From the IMG/VR virus record IMGVR_UViG_3300020057_001229, positions 1 to 64,000 of that record: a stretch of 64,000 nucleotides of DNA. One strand, written 5' to 3'. The notes under the pieces were generated by a model that ran no database searches, was not told the DNA's origin, and saw only the letters and a program-made list of their open reading frames with translations. The translations under genes and the position numbers were made by a program. Source of the stretch: a virus. The number at the start of each line of letters is the position of its first letter. Position 1 is the stretch's first letter. Of the stretch, positions 19,722 through 28,990 are shown in pieces.

Positions 19722-20136
19722 CCGCTATCGTTGGCAAGGAGAATCATCAGACCTGGGAGATGTAGGACATGAGCTTGTGTCAGGCTGATCAGCGATGGCG
19801 AGCGCCGTAGACTTCAGCTCTGTGAACGACAGAGGATCATCTGAGAAGATGTCGTCGCCTTTATCGACTTCGTTGCCGTAGACGAAAGCCCGATAAACCT
19901 TGTAATTTTCATGATCTAACTGCGTCTGAAGCCATGCTTTGTATTTCTTGACCGAAGCGTCTGACGCTGAAGGCAGCCACCAAGTCCGCGAACGTACTGC
20001 TGAATGACCTTCGGAGGCAGCATAAGCTTTTCAGCTTTGGCTTGGACTTTGGTGACATAACGCATGGTTGACCGTAATCATTGTGATCTTTTTCACCATA
20101 GAAGGTTCCTACAAGATTCATGACTAGAGGTCAACG

Positions 20137-20565
20137 ATGCGTTATGTGAATTTAGTCGAAGCTAAGCTTAAAGGCTTTAAAGACAATAAAGTCGGTAAAG
20201 CGCTGACTGGCACAAAGTCTAAAGAAAAACTAACGATCCATTGGGAGTTCTTTGACCTCGACCGAGACGAGTTCTTCTATGGGTGTGAACTGAACATGGT
20301 AGTCAAAAATTCAACACGTATCGAAGTAGGTAGAGCCTATTTTAAATTCGATCAGGATGGGGACGAGCTTGTACCCTTTGACACTTACGATACAGCGGTT
20401 GAAGTAGATGAGAAATATAGACGACTTGGCATAGCGAACAAAATGTACGAGCTAGCTGAGAAGCTCACGTCCAAAAACCTCGTAGGTGGAGGTGAGCAAT
20501 CAAAAGACGCGAGCGCCCTATGGTCACAGAAAAATCGACCTTGGGGGAAGGGGTCCTATAAATGA
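20137..20565 (+). CDS. GNAT-like acetyltransferase
   Basis: VEVDEKYRRLGIANKMY motif A; QS.DA.ALW. Confidence 0.65.
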   Translation: MRYVNLVEAKLKGFKDNKVGKALTGTKSKEKLTIHWEFFDLDRDEFFYGCELNMVVKNSTRIEVGRAYFKFDQDGDELVPFDTYDTAVEVDEKYRRLGIANKMYELAEKLTSKNLVGGGEQSKDASALWSQKNRPWGKGSYK

Positions 20566-21170
20566 GCCTCAAAAATACGATATCAGAACGCTACCACATC
20601 GTAGCCACAGGCGATTATCGCGGCGAGCATGAAGCGCCCGATCGCGACGGCAGCGCTCCTATGCATAAGCTAGACGGGACATACCCCGACGATATCTATT
20701 CGGTGGAGGGTGCTCGCATGTACGGCGACAGCGGCGGCGACAGCCGTGACGTTCAATCGGTATCCGTCATCATAGGCGTCAAAGGTAGACCGAATGCAGG
20801 TGTCAAAGTTTACCGAGCTGTCCCCAATATCCTCTCAAGAGATGGGCAGATCTCAGCACTGCAAGAGCAGAAGCGCTACATCCTGAAGCACGGCAAGGTA
20901 CCTAAAGGCGTCGTCACCAGTTTGAACTCTAGTCGCTACTACGAGAAACTCATTGATGACATTGCCGCTCTAGAGGCTCAACCTTCGACGCCCGACGCAG
21001 AGAAGATCAAGCTAAACAAAGGAGATTGGGTCACCATTAACCGTGCCTACGCCGTTGAACACGGCGAAAGCAACCTCAACAACAGATACAAGATCCTGAC
21101 AAAGACCGTCAAAGCCTCGCAGCTTTTCACGGACGGCAACAGTATTCATGAGTGGGGATTTGATCCATGA
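20562..21170 (+). CDS. Hypothetical protein (possible ART-like fold) with RY-x-I-V-A leader
   Basis: VKVYRAVP...GDWVT...YA.EHG...EWG; fold assignment is inference. Confidence 0.6.
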   Translation: MSLKNTISERYHIVATGDYRGEHEAPDRDGSAPMHKLDGTYPDDIYSVEGARMYGDSGGDSRDVQSVSVIIGVKGRPNAGVKVYRAVPNILSRDGQISALQEQKRYILKHGKVPKGVVTSLNSSRYYEKLIDDIAALEAQPSTPDAEKIKLNKGDWVTINRAYAVEHGESNLNNRYKILTKTVKASQLFTDGNSIHEWGFDP

Positions 21171-21562
21171 CTCGTTTTTGCCAACTTGTTGCAGAAGCTA
21201 CAGCATCAGTGTCCGACCGCACGGTTCTAAAGCATTGGAATGAGACCTACCAAGATGACGAACTTGACCAAGATGAAGGTCCTGGCGAGTTGAAGCCAAA
21301 AGGTCTAAAGGATTTGAAAGGTTTCAAAAAATGGGAGTTGATCGACGTGCCTCTCTCGAAGATCAAACCGCACCACAACATGCCTGAAGATGACCGCGTA
21401 GATACATACACACAGATGAAGGAATCTGGAGGCACTGACTTTCCAGCGATCATTCTCATCCCTAAAGGCACGAAGTACGAAACGCTCGACGGCGTTCATC
21501 GCTATTGGGCTGCGCGCAAAAGTGGTGCTAAGACGATGAAAGCTTACGTTCCCTTGACTTAA
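21167..21562 (+). CDS. ParB/Srx-like domain protein
   Basis: VPLSKI, FPAIIL, LDGVHRYWAA. Confidence 0.75.
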   Translation: MTRFCQLVAEATASVSDRTVLKHWNETYQDDELDQDEGPGELKPKGLKDLKGFKKWELIDVPLSKIKPHHNMPEDDRVDTYTQMKESGGTDFPAIILIPKGTKYETLDGVHRYWAARKSGAKTMKAYVPLT

Positions 21563-21628
21563 GTCCAAGCGGCGAAGACACGCAAGAAGCCTAAGACGCA
21601 GCAGGACGGCATGGATGGGATTTGATCC

Positions 21629-22123
21629 ATGAATCGGAAAGAAGACTTCTTCTCGCCGAGAAAAAAGGCTATTAAGGTTGCTAACTACAACCCAAAACTT
21701 TCAAACGGCAGGACTATAATGGCAAGCGTTCGCATCTCGTGTCTTCGACGTGAAGAGTTGGTAATGAGAGCGGTAAAATCTGCTGCGAAAACGCTAGGTG
21801 AGTGCTTCCACGCGGAAGATAAGGCTCTGGTTTACTTTCAAGGAAGTAAGATTCGTATAGCTGCACGCTTTGCCTCACGCGGTGCCAAAGGCATACATTG
21901 GTTTGGCATAAGTGCGCGAGATCTTGAAATAATAAACGATTCAGGGTACTTGCTTTTTGTGTGTGGGGAAAACGCCTATCTTTTAGAGGCGCTAAAAGCC
22001 GTGGCGGCTAGTGCAGCGTGCCCCCCGTCTAAGAATCATTTTAACTTAAAGCTTCATGTGGCTGATAACATTGCCTATATACGTCTTAAGGATCGCACGG
22101 CTATTATGCCGTTGCGCGTTTAA
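21629..22123 (+). CDS. Hypothetical protein
   Basis: ORF only. Confidence 0.45.
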   Translation: MNRKEDFFSPRKKAIKVANYNPKLSNGRTIMASVRISCLRREELVMRAVKSAAKTLGECFHAEDKALVYFQGSKIRIAARFASRGAKGIHWFGISARDLEIINDSGYLLFVCGENAYLLEALKAVAASAACPPSKNHFNLKLHVADNIAYIRLKDRTAIMPLRV

Positions 22124-22225
22124 GTCGAATTCAAAGAGCTTGACATCTAGGCTCTCGTTACCGTATCTTGCGGTTGCCTAAATTTTAGGCAGTGCAAGTG
22201 ATCGTAACATGGGAGGTACTAGTTC

Positions 22226-23413
22226 ATGGCTAAGGCTAAGGCTAAGAATCTGAAGGTTTTTGCGTTTCCTGCTGAAGCATTTTCCCAGTTTATAAACCCT
22301 AAGTCACCAGGAAGTTTAATAATCTCAGCCTTCTACACCCCGGTCTCGTCTTTAAGTATCCTACCTGCGGATAACAACCCCCGACCAGGATTCGTACCAA
22401 GCCCTAACGTCCGCAGGGAGGTTCTAGCTACCGTCTCCGAAACTCCTGATTCCGCCCCACTAGCAGCCATGAATCGCGGGCTACTTGCTCAGGCGGAGAG
22501 TGTCGAATACCGAGCAAAGGATCGTACAGTTCTCATCACTTTCGATTTAAGTGAAATCAAGTGTGGTTTCCAGGGTTTGTGTGATGGCAACACGACGCAA
22601 ACCACGATTGCGCAAGCCCTCGCTAAGGGCGTCGTTAACCCTGATCAATACATCCGCATTGAGGTTTTGACGGGTGCTTCCGCTCTTATCGCTGAGAGGA
22701 CGGCTCTGGCTCGTAACAACAGCTTGGCTGTCAACGCTTTGACTGTGCGCACCTACACGGGGGTCCATGACTCTTTGAGGAGCCTGTTAGTGCTTTGCCC
22801 TGACAACGTCGTCTTCTCTCAAGGAGATGAAGCCTCTCACCGCAAGAACCACGTTGACGCCGGCAACGTCGTCCAACTTCTCTGTCTTGCCCATCCACTT
22901 CTCGTGCGTGGGGGGGATATGAATAAAGCGAAAAGCCTTTATGTTGGCATGTCGCCAGCGTATAAGCTTCTTGAAGGGCAAGCCAGCAAGTTCGACATGT
23001 ACGAACCTGAGATTGTGCAAGAAATCTTAGGGCTATACGACAGCGTTCATGCAATCTTGGGACCTAAGCCTCGCCAAGTAAAGTCGGCAGGAGACAACGG
23101 CAGCATTTGGAAAGGGTCCTACAGCCCTCTTTTCTCTCGCAACGAGATCGTAGGGCACCGTCTCGGCAAGGGCTTCGCTTTTCCGCTGTTCTTTGCCCTG
23201 ACCTCCGCTTTGACTGTTGTAGATGGGAAAGTGGTTTGGAACATCCCCCTTGAGGATGTTCTAAACCTGTGCAAACGCAAGCGCGACTCGCTCGTCAACT
23301 ATTTCCAGAAGTACGACAACGACACTTTTGGGAAGGATGTGGCGCAGTGGAACATGGTTCACAGCTTGGTTTGGGGCACCGCAAGCGCTTCTAATAGTTT
23401 GGTAGCGGTGTGA
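22226..23413 (+). CDS. AIPR-like protein
   Basis: NNPR, NRGL, GLCDGNTT, ARNNSLAV motifs resembling the AIPR family; strong SD. Confidence 0.65.
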   Translation: MAKAKAKNLKVFAFPAEAFSQFINPKSPGSLIISAFYTPVSSLSILPADNNPRPGFVPSPNVRREVLATVSETPDSAPLAAMNRGLLAQAESVEYRAKDRTVLITFDLSEIKCGFQGLCDGNTTQTTIAQALAKGVVNPDQYIRIEVLTGASALIAERTALARNNSLAVNALTVRTYTGVHDSLRSLLVLCPDNVVFSQGDEASHRKNHVDAGNVVQLLCLAHPLLVRGGDMNKAKSLYVGMSPAYKLLEGQASKFDMYEPEIVQEILGLYDSVHAILGPKPRQVKSAGDNGSIWKGSYSPLFSRNEIVGHRLGKGFAFPLFFALTSALTVVDGKVVWNIPLEDVLNLCKRKRDSLVNYFQKYDNDTFGKDVAQWNMVHSLVWGTASASNSLVAV

Positions 23414-23967
23414 GTCATCGCGAACTGGTTAAGGGCTTCAAAACAGCGGTCGCTCAAGCGATTGTGAATGAGATACCAGAGCACAAGGTATTTGTGCAGC
23501 CCTGTATAGGCTCATACGACGTTTTGAGCCTTAAGCCTCCCTCGCTTAGGGAGATTGTCAGCGACACAAATCTCCACGCCGCACATTTCTTTCGTGATTT
23601 GAGAGACAATACGTCTATAGCTAGAGAGCTACGCAGACACGGCTTTGATAGCCTTGCGTTTGATGCTTCTAAGATACCAATTGACAAAGTCTGTAGGGCA
23701 GCTTTGGATCTGCGTGATCCTTACCCCTTCGCGGCGAGGCTCAAGCTTTGCCAATTTGTCCACAACAGAAGTGAGAGTGTTCTTATCGACGCACATGTTC
23801 TTGATGAACATTGCGTCCTCTATCTCGATCTTCGTTTCACTCCTCTGGAGATTGATTTCAGCGGGCGTGCCAAAGCTTCCATCATCGTTCGCTCTGACTT
23901 TATAAGAAAGTACAAAGGTTTGCGAACTTGCACCGTAGGCAAAGAGCACCTTTATTTCAATTTTTAG
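23410..23967 (+). CDS. Degenerate Dam-like methyltransferase
   Basis: G.K..VAQ.I...IPEH..FVQP..GS N-terminus, but YLDLRF in place of Y.DPPY. Confidence 0.55.
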   Translation: MSHRELVKGFKTAVAQAIVNEIPEHKVFVQPCIGSYDVLSLKPPSLREIVSDTNLHAAHFFRDLRDNTSIARELRRHGFDSLAFDASKIPIDKVCRAALDLRDPYPFAARLKLCQFVHNRSESVLIDAHVLDEHCVLYLDLRFTPLEIDFSGRAKASIIVRSDFIRKYKGLRTCTVGKEHLYFNF

Positions 23968-24011
23968 CGTCTCCGCCATAAGGGCGATCCCGTATTGGAA
24001 AGTTTCCATAA

Positions 24012-24758
24012 ATGTTGAAGACGGTGCTACCTACCTGGGGATCTAAGAGCGGCATTGCTTCACAAATTATTGCCATGCTTCCACCCCACGATCTTTACAT
24101 TGAAATTTTTGCTGGATCGCTGTCTGTCCTTCTAAATAAGCCTCTAAGCAAACATGAGATTGTCTACGATCTTAGCCCTGAAATTATTAACTTCTGGCGT
24201 ATAGTGAAGAACAGCCCTAATGAATTGGCGGAAGCAATATGGCTAACTCCTTACGGGGCTCCAATCCAAGCGTTATCGGATGCCCATCAAGCTGCTGCTT
24301 TTTGTGCCTCCCAAAAGATGGGCTACAGCGGTCACACAAAGAAAAAATTCAGCCTTACTTTAGATACGTCACAAAGCACCACTTCAAAGGCTGAAGTGTG
24401 GGCAAACTGGTTTAAAAGAATTGCCCCAGCAAGTAGGCGCGTCTCAAACGTCACGATGGTTCTCGGAGACGGGCTCTCAGCGCTTGCAAAGTACGGCTGG
24501 AACAAAGACGCAGTCATCTACGCAGATCCTCCCTACTTCGGGCACGAACATGAGTACCAATATGGAATTGGGGTTGAGTATACTGACTTCGTCAAGAAGA
24601 TGGCTTTATGCAAAGCTAGGATCATAGTCTCTGAGAGAGAACAAGCACTTCAATTCTACAAGAATTGGTACGTCACAGAGACGGTAAATCTACGCAGTAG
24701 AACTAAGAGGGCAGAGTTCCTCCTCACAAACTTCCCCAGCATTGGGACTAGAATTTAA
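24012..24758 (+). CDS. Dam-family (alpha-class) adenine methyltransferase
   Basis: WGSK, YIEIFAGS, YADPPY, EFLLTNF. Confidence 0.9.
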   Translation: MLKTVLPTWGSKSGIASQIIAMLPPHDLYIEIFAGSLSVLLNKPLSKHEIVYDLSPEIINFWRIVKNSPNELAEAIWLTPYGAPIQALSDAHQAAAFCASQKMGYSGHTKKKFSLTLDTSQSTTSKAEVWANWFKRIAPASRRVSNVTMVLGDGLSALAKYGWNKDAVIYADPPYFGHEHEYQYGIGVEYTDFVKKMALCKARIIVSEREQALQFYKNWYVTETVNLRSRTKRAEFLLTNFPSIGTRI

Positions 24759-25559
24759 GAGGATCTCGAAGGCTCGCCGCGCTTGGAGCGGTACCACTGA
24801 ATTCCCAAGGGACTTAATTCTGTCCACTTGATTGGGTACCCCATTAACCACTCGCACCAATTTGGGTTCAATTTCCCACGACAAAATGGTTGCACCTCCG
24901 AGCCAGGATTCAAGATCTTCCCCTCCTCGACGATCTGAACGTAGCGACCTAGACTTAAGCTGGTCGTGTGCCCCGTCTGGGTTTCCCGCCGAATGGAGCC
25001 TACCTTCGTCACTACATAGCGATCCTTTGCCCCGAGCACCGCCGCTGCCGTAGCGTCTGTCGTTGTTAAGGTGGGCAAGCATAAACCAACGTTTCCTCGG
25101 GTGAGGAGCGCCAACGGCTCCAGCCGATATAACGAGCCACCTACAATCATACCGAAGTTTGGCAATCTCTCCTGTAACTTCAAGTAGTCCGTTTTTGGTA
25201 ATGTTGGACACGTTTTCCAAGAAGACGAAGCTAGGTCGTAGATCATCAATAAGCCTAACGACTTCGTAGAAAAGACCGCTGCGCTGTCCTGCCAAGCCAT
25301 GTTGACTTCCATGGCTTGAAATGTCCTGGCATGGAAATCCCCCCGTGATGAGATCAATAGAGGACTCAAAGTGATCTTTTGACAAGGTTCGGACATCTCC
25401 CCAGATAGGGGCAAGATCAAGGTAACCGTCGTGCATTCTGGAGAGTAAGACACTCTGGCAAAATTTATTGTTTTCACAATATGCGATTGTTCTGGCGTAG
25501 CCTCTGAGGGAGAGGGACAAGCCCCCAATTCCGCTAAAAAGATCCAAGGCATTTAGCAT
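24690..25559 (-). CDS. C5-cytosine DNA methyltransferase, alpha polypeptide
   Basis: DLFSGIGG, GGFPCQD, LENV, GAPHPRKRW, LGNSVVP; no in-frame motif IX. Confidence 0.93.
   Translation of the reverse strand: MLNALDLFSGIGGLSLSLRGYARTIAYCENNKFCQSVLLSRMHDGYLDLAPIWGDVRTLSKDHFESSIDLITGGFPCQDISSHGSQHGLAGQRSGLFYEVVRLIDDLRPSFVFLENVSNITKNGLLEVTGEIAKLRYDCRWLVISAGAVGAPHPRKRWFMLAHLNNDRRYGSGGARGKGSLCSDEGRLHSAGNPDGAHDQLKSRSLRSDRRGGEDLESWLGGATILSWEIEPKLVRVVNGVPNQVDRIKSLGNSVVPLQARRAFEILLNSSPNAGEVCEEELCPLSSTA
24755..25552 (-). CDS. Out-of-frame nested beta polypeptide of the C5 methyltransferase (M.EcoHK31I-like)
   Basis: 265-codon overlapping ORF containing LPTL and LNPNWCEWLMGYPIKWT (motif IX); true start uncertain. 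Confidence 0.8.
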   Translation of the reverse strand: MPWIFLAELGACPSPSEATPEQSHIVKTINFARVSYSPECTTVTLILPLSGEMSEPCQKITLSPLLISSRGDFHARTFQAMEVNMAWQDSAAVFSTKSLGLLMIYDLASSSWKTCPTLPKTDYLKLQERLPNFGMIVGGSLYRLEPLALLTRGNVGLCLPTLTTTDATAAAVLGAKDRYVVTKVGSIRRETQTGHTTSLSLGRYVQIVEEGKILNPGSEVQPFCRGKLNPNWCEWLMGYPIKWTELSPLGIQWYRSKRGEPSRSS

Positions 25560-25661
25560 CTACTTTGTGTTTCCAGTGTTTCCAGTTATTCACTAACATT
25601 AAATCACAGCGTCAACTTGAAATAAAGACATAATGGAAGACACGCAAGACTTCAAAGGACT

Positions 25662-26075
25662 TCATTTTGAAGAACGACGAGACCTAACAATCAACTCGTC
25701 GAAGAGCTGCTGCCAGTTGGAGCCGTCCGTCTTCGCTTCGTTCAAGTCCGAGTTCATGATGGTGTGCTCGTAGGGATCGTCAGGATGCATGAGACCTACG
25801 GCGCAGTGACCCATCTCGTGGTAGAGCACTTTCCGCTTCTGCCACTTGTTCCCCGTCCGCCAAAACTCAGCATTGAGAAAGATCTCGTGCGTCCACATAT
25901 TGCAATAGGCGTGGGCTTTGCGGCATTGCTGATTCACTACATCGTCAACGTCGGGCATGTCGTCGGAGAGCCTGATGGTGACGGGGGCTTTAGAGATGAA
26001 CAGACGAAAGTCCGTCAGCTCCTCAGAGAGGTCTAAGGACAACATCAGCGCTGCTACAAACAACAAAGGAGCCAT
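25662..26075 (-). CDS. Secreted zinc metallopeptidase
   Basis: HEMGHCAVGLMH plus IM Met-turn; signal peptide. Confidence 0.75.
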   Translation of the reverse strand: MAPLLFVAALMLSLDLSEELTDFRLFISKAPVTIRLSDDMPDVDDVVNQQCRKAHAYCNMWTHEIFLNAEFWRTGNKWQKRKVLYHEMGHCAVGLMHPDDPYEHTIMNSDLNEAKTDGSNWQQLFDELIVRSRRSSK

Positions 26076-26113
26076 GCAGAGAATCTGCGCGGCTCATTGG
26101 CTGACCAGCCAGT

Positions 26114-26722
26114 TTAGTCTTCGACAGGCAGCTTCATGAACTCGATGCGGTCAGTGATCCCTAGCTCCCACAGCATGGTGCGGATGTAGCCGAGGTCTAG
26201 CTTGTCGTCACCGAGCTTGTGGCGAATCGCCATAATGTCGGCTTTGTCTTTGTAGCGCATAGAGCCAAGCTTCGTCAGGATCAAGTCTTCCGCTGAGACG
26301 ATCTTGACGCTTTGACCTAAAAGGGAAGTTGACTTCGCTCTCTTTAGCATCGACGCCGTAAACGTTGCGTCTTTGTAGCCGATGAAATCAACTTCACGCC
26401 CGCGATACTCCATCTTGTAGATGACGCGGTTTGGCTTGACGTAGGGCAGCTCTTCCTTCAAGACGAAGCCAAGCTTCTTGAAGTGGTCAGCGAGCTTGTC
26501 TAGGTCTGCGGCAGCTACCACGAAGTCCAAGTCTTCGGTGGCACGCGGCTTAGCGTGGACAGAGATCGCAAGACCACCAGCAAGCACTGCGTCCTGAGAC
26601 GAAAGCTCTTTCAAGACGAGGTTCAAGAACTCGCCAAGCTGCATTCGGTTAGGGGCAGCGAAGATGGCTTCTAGTTCTAAGGCATCGGCGACGGCTTGTT
26701 GTTCTGGTTGTTTGACGGTCAT
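26114..26722 (-). CDS. Nucleotidyltransferase (AbiEii/DUF6036-like)
   Basis: AGGLA, PRATEDLD, EDLILTKL...R.KD.AD. Confidence 0.75.
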   Translation of the reverse strand: MTVKQPEQQAVADALELEAIFAAPNRMQLGEFLNLVLKELSSQDAVLAGGLAISVHAKPRATEDLDFVVAAADLDKLADHFKKLGFVLKEELPYVKPNRVIYKMEYRGREVDFIGYKDATFTASMLKRAKSTSLLGQSVKIVSAEDLILTKLGSMRYKDKADIMAIRHKLGDDKLDLGYIRTMLWELGITDRIEFMKLPVED

Positions 26723-26874
26723 AGATTCCCTATCGGCTCATCCCTGAAATTCTTTAGACTATAATCTATAACCCCTAGGTTTGCCTACGGGTTTCTACCT
26801 ACTACTGGGACTTCCCAGAACAAACGTATTGATAGGGGCGCGGAGCCCTCGGGCAGCCACCTCGGGAGGGTCTT

Positions 26875-26955
26875 ATGCGAGTCTGGTCCTTGGTTATGTT
26901 CGTCGTCGCCTGCGTCATGTTCTACCTGACGTTAATCGGCAAGCTGCCCGTCTGA
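26875..26955 (+). CDS. 26-aa hydrophobic peptide MRVWSLVMFVVACVMFYLTLIGKLPV
   Basis: GGGAGG SD; structured upstream region; below the ORF-track cutoff. Confidence 0.5.
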   Translation: MRVWSLVMFVVACVMFYLTLIGKLPV

Positions 26956-26966
26956 TTTCACTCAGC

Positions 26967-28106
26967 CTAAATTTGGACTCGGTGACATTGTGTTGACATT
27001 ATAGGATGTTGCTGAGCGTGAGGCTCAAGAACTTCGTTGTCGCCAGTCTCGAAAGGTGGCGTGGTCGTAGCGACCTTACACTCAAGAAGAACCCGTTCGA
27101 GGTCTTCCTCAGTTTCCAACTTGAAGAACCGATCGCCGGTTATCTTGTAGACCTTATCCCAGTCGATTTCCCGTAGCTGATACCTGCGTGGGACATCGTT
27201 TGGCACAGACATGTAGACGAATTCGGCGATGTCGAACGGCTTCTGAATGTTGGGTACAATAATACCTAGCCAGGCAAATCGTTTGATGGTTTTCAGTTTA
27301 TCAGCGTCTTTCTTTTGAACTTCCTTAAAAGCTTCCATGCCGAAAATTGGTTTGTAATGATGAATACCGTTGTACTCTAACACTATGTAGTAGTCCCCAA
27401 CCTTAATTACAGAATCGAATTCCCGCTCTCTGTTTCTATCTTTAACAGCTAGCGCCCCGACGAGCGTTGAAAGAGCGATTGTTGCTACAAGCTCTGGTCG
27501 AGTAGTGGACCTGTTGCGCTTCATATGCGAGCAAATATCATTTAGAATACCAAGCTTACAAGCGGCGCTATATTTGCCGGGACTACCTTCTTTGAAGGCT
27601 AATCTTGTCTCATATTTCAAGGCTTCAGCTTGAAGTGACTCTAAAGTGTGTTCCTTGTAACGAACAATCATATGCGAGCAAATATCAGGTATAATACCAC
27701 GCTTATGAGCGCTATAATATTCGCTGCGGCTACCTTCTTTGAAGGCTGCCATTGTCTCATATTTCAAGGCTTCAGCTTGAAGTGACTCTAAAGTGTGTAC
27801 CTTGTGCTGAGCAATCATATGCGAGCAAATATCATTTAGAATACCAAGCCTCCGAGCGGCGCTATATTCGGCGGGACTACCTCCTTGGAAGGCTGCCCTT
27901 GTCTCATATTTCAAGGCTTCAGCTTGAAGCGACTCTAAAGTGTGTTCCTTACGCTGAGCAATCATATGCGAGCAAATATCGTCTAGAATACCAAGCCTCC
28001 GAGCGGTACTATATTCGGCGGGACTACCTTTCGAGAAGCCTATCCTTGTCTCATATTTCAAGGCTTCAGCTTGAAGTGACTCTAAAGTGTGTTGTTTATT
28101 TGCCAC
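26967..28106 (-). CDS. Tandem-repeat protein with C-terminal PD-(D/E)xK/Vsr-like nuclease domain (putative homing endonuclease)
   Basis: Four 49-aa repeats, then EFD...LEYNGIHHY...QKKDADK. Confidence 0.7.
   Translation of the reverse strand: MANKQHTLESLQAEALKYETRIGFSKGSPAEYSTARRLGILDDICSHMIAQRKEHTLESLQAEALKYETRAAFQGGSPAEYSAARRLGILNDICSHMIAQHKVHTLESLQAEALKYETMAAFKEGSRSEYYSAHKRGIIPDICSHMIVRYKEHTLESLQAEALKYETRLAFKEGSPGKYSAACKLGILNDICSHMKRNRSTTRPELVATIALSTLVGALAVKDRNREREFDSVIKVGDYYIVLEYNGIHHYKPIFGMEAFKEVQKKDADKLKTIKRFAWLGIIVPNIQKPFDIAEFVYMSVPNDVPRRYQLREIDWDKVYKITGDRFFKLETEEDLERVLLECKVATTTPPFETGDNEVLEPHAQQHPIMSTQCHRVQI
27522..28091. repeat. Four tandem 147-bp coding repeats
   Basis: CATATGCGAGCAAATATC recurs at 27522, 27669, 27816 and 27963. 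Confidence 0.92.
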
Positions 28107-28253
28107 TAATGCGCTCCATAGGATTTCTTAAAATAATGAAGCGGTGAGAGCTGGTTGTCAAATTTGAAGAACTTGGAACACCAAATTAAAAGTTTGGTGC
28201 CCTCAAAATAAAATCAGGCAACAGTTGCCGTATACTTTTGTATTTTTTGAGAT

Positions 28254-28328
28254 TGGCGACCCTGGCAGGAATCCAACCTGCACGAAGGCGTTAGAAGCGC
28301 CTGATGCTATGCATTACATCACAGAGTC
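28254..28328 (-). tRNA. tRNA-Arg(UCU)
   Basis: Cloverleaf; loop CTTCTAA; atypical T-loop TTGGATT; CCA. Confidence 0.85.
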
Positions 28329-28380
28329 AATTGTTTGCTGAAGAGAGGGGAGTGCGAACGTAAGATGCAAACGCGGAAGG

Positions 28381-28440
28381 TTACACCCGCCTGCGTTTTG
28401 CCTTAGAGAAAGATCTTGAAGATGTAGAGAGAAAGAACAT
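28381..28440 (-). promoter_or_regulatory. Arg leader peptide MFFLSTSSRSFSKAKRRRV
   Basis: AGA plus tandem CGC AGG CGG; hairpin over the stop codon; ends ~50 nt upstream of tRNA-Arg. Confidence 0.7.
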
Positions 28441-28494
28441 AGTAGTACCTAGATATTCACGTATACAATTTAGTATATTGTCTTCTGGAAAAAA

Positions 28495-28950
28495 ATGTCA
28501 AAGGGAAATTTCATGGATTATCCAATAGCCACCGTCCGCGAGATCAACGGAGAACTTTTTCTCGACGATCCTACGGCGCTTGCCGTCATCAAAGCCACCA
28601 GCCGCGCCGCTTGCCGTAAGACGTTTGAGATGCAAAGAGACCGCGTAGAGCACTTCGTCACTCGCACCAGTGCGCTCAACCTTTCGACGGAAGATGTTGT
28701 CATCGTTTTAGCCAACGCCGATGACCCTAACGGCAAACAGCTCGCCGAAGCCCTCATGCCGAACCACGATTGGCAAGCTTACCGCAACCTAGGCGAGCTT
28801 CCCTTTGCTCGCGGGCTTGCTGAGAGGGAAGGCATCCAGTGGTTCATAGAGGATATGGAGCCTGACATGGCTTCGGTGCTCAAGAACCATGCTGGAGTTG
28901 CTGTAGTCGTCGTAGACCACGGCGTCATAGAAGTTCTTTCGCCGTCGTAA
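28495..28950 (+). CDS. Hypothetical protein
   Basis: ORF. Confidence 0.6.
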   Translation: MSKGNFMDYPIATVREINGELFLDDPTALAVIKATSRAACRKTFEMQRDRVEHFVTRTSALNLSTEDVVIVLANADDPNGKQLAEALMPNHDWQAYRNLGELPFARGLAEREGIQWFIEDMEPDMASVLKNHAGVAVVVVDHGVIEVLSPS

Positions 28951-28990
28951 GAGTAGTGGTAGGCTTTCTGAAATCCCAAAGGAGCGTCTA

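Noticed and set aside
19725-20121. Possible frameshifted minus-strand gene (...KKYKAWLQTQLDHENYKVY...)
   Set aside because: An open frame without a start and with no recognisable family; cannot be supported by eye.
27522-28091. CRISPR array
   Set aside because: 147-bp in-frame coding repeats with no unique spacers; no CRISPR array or cas gene was seen in the window.
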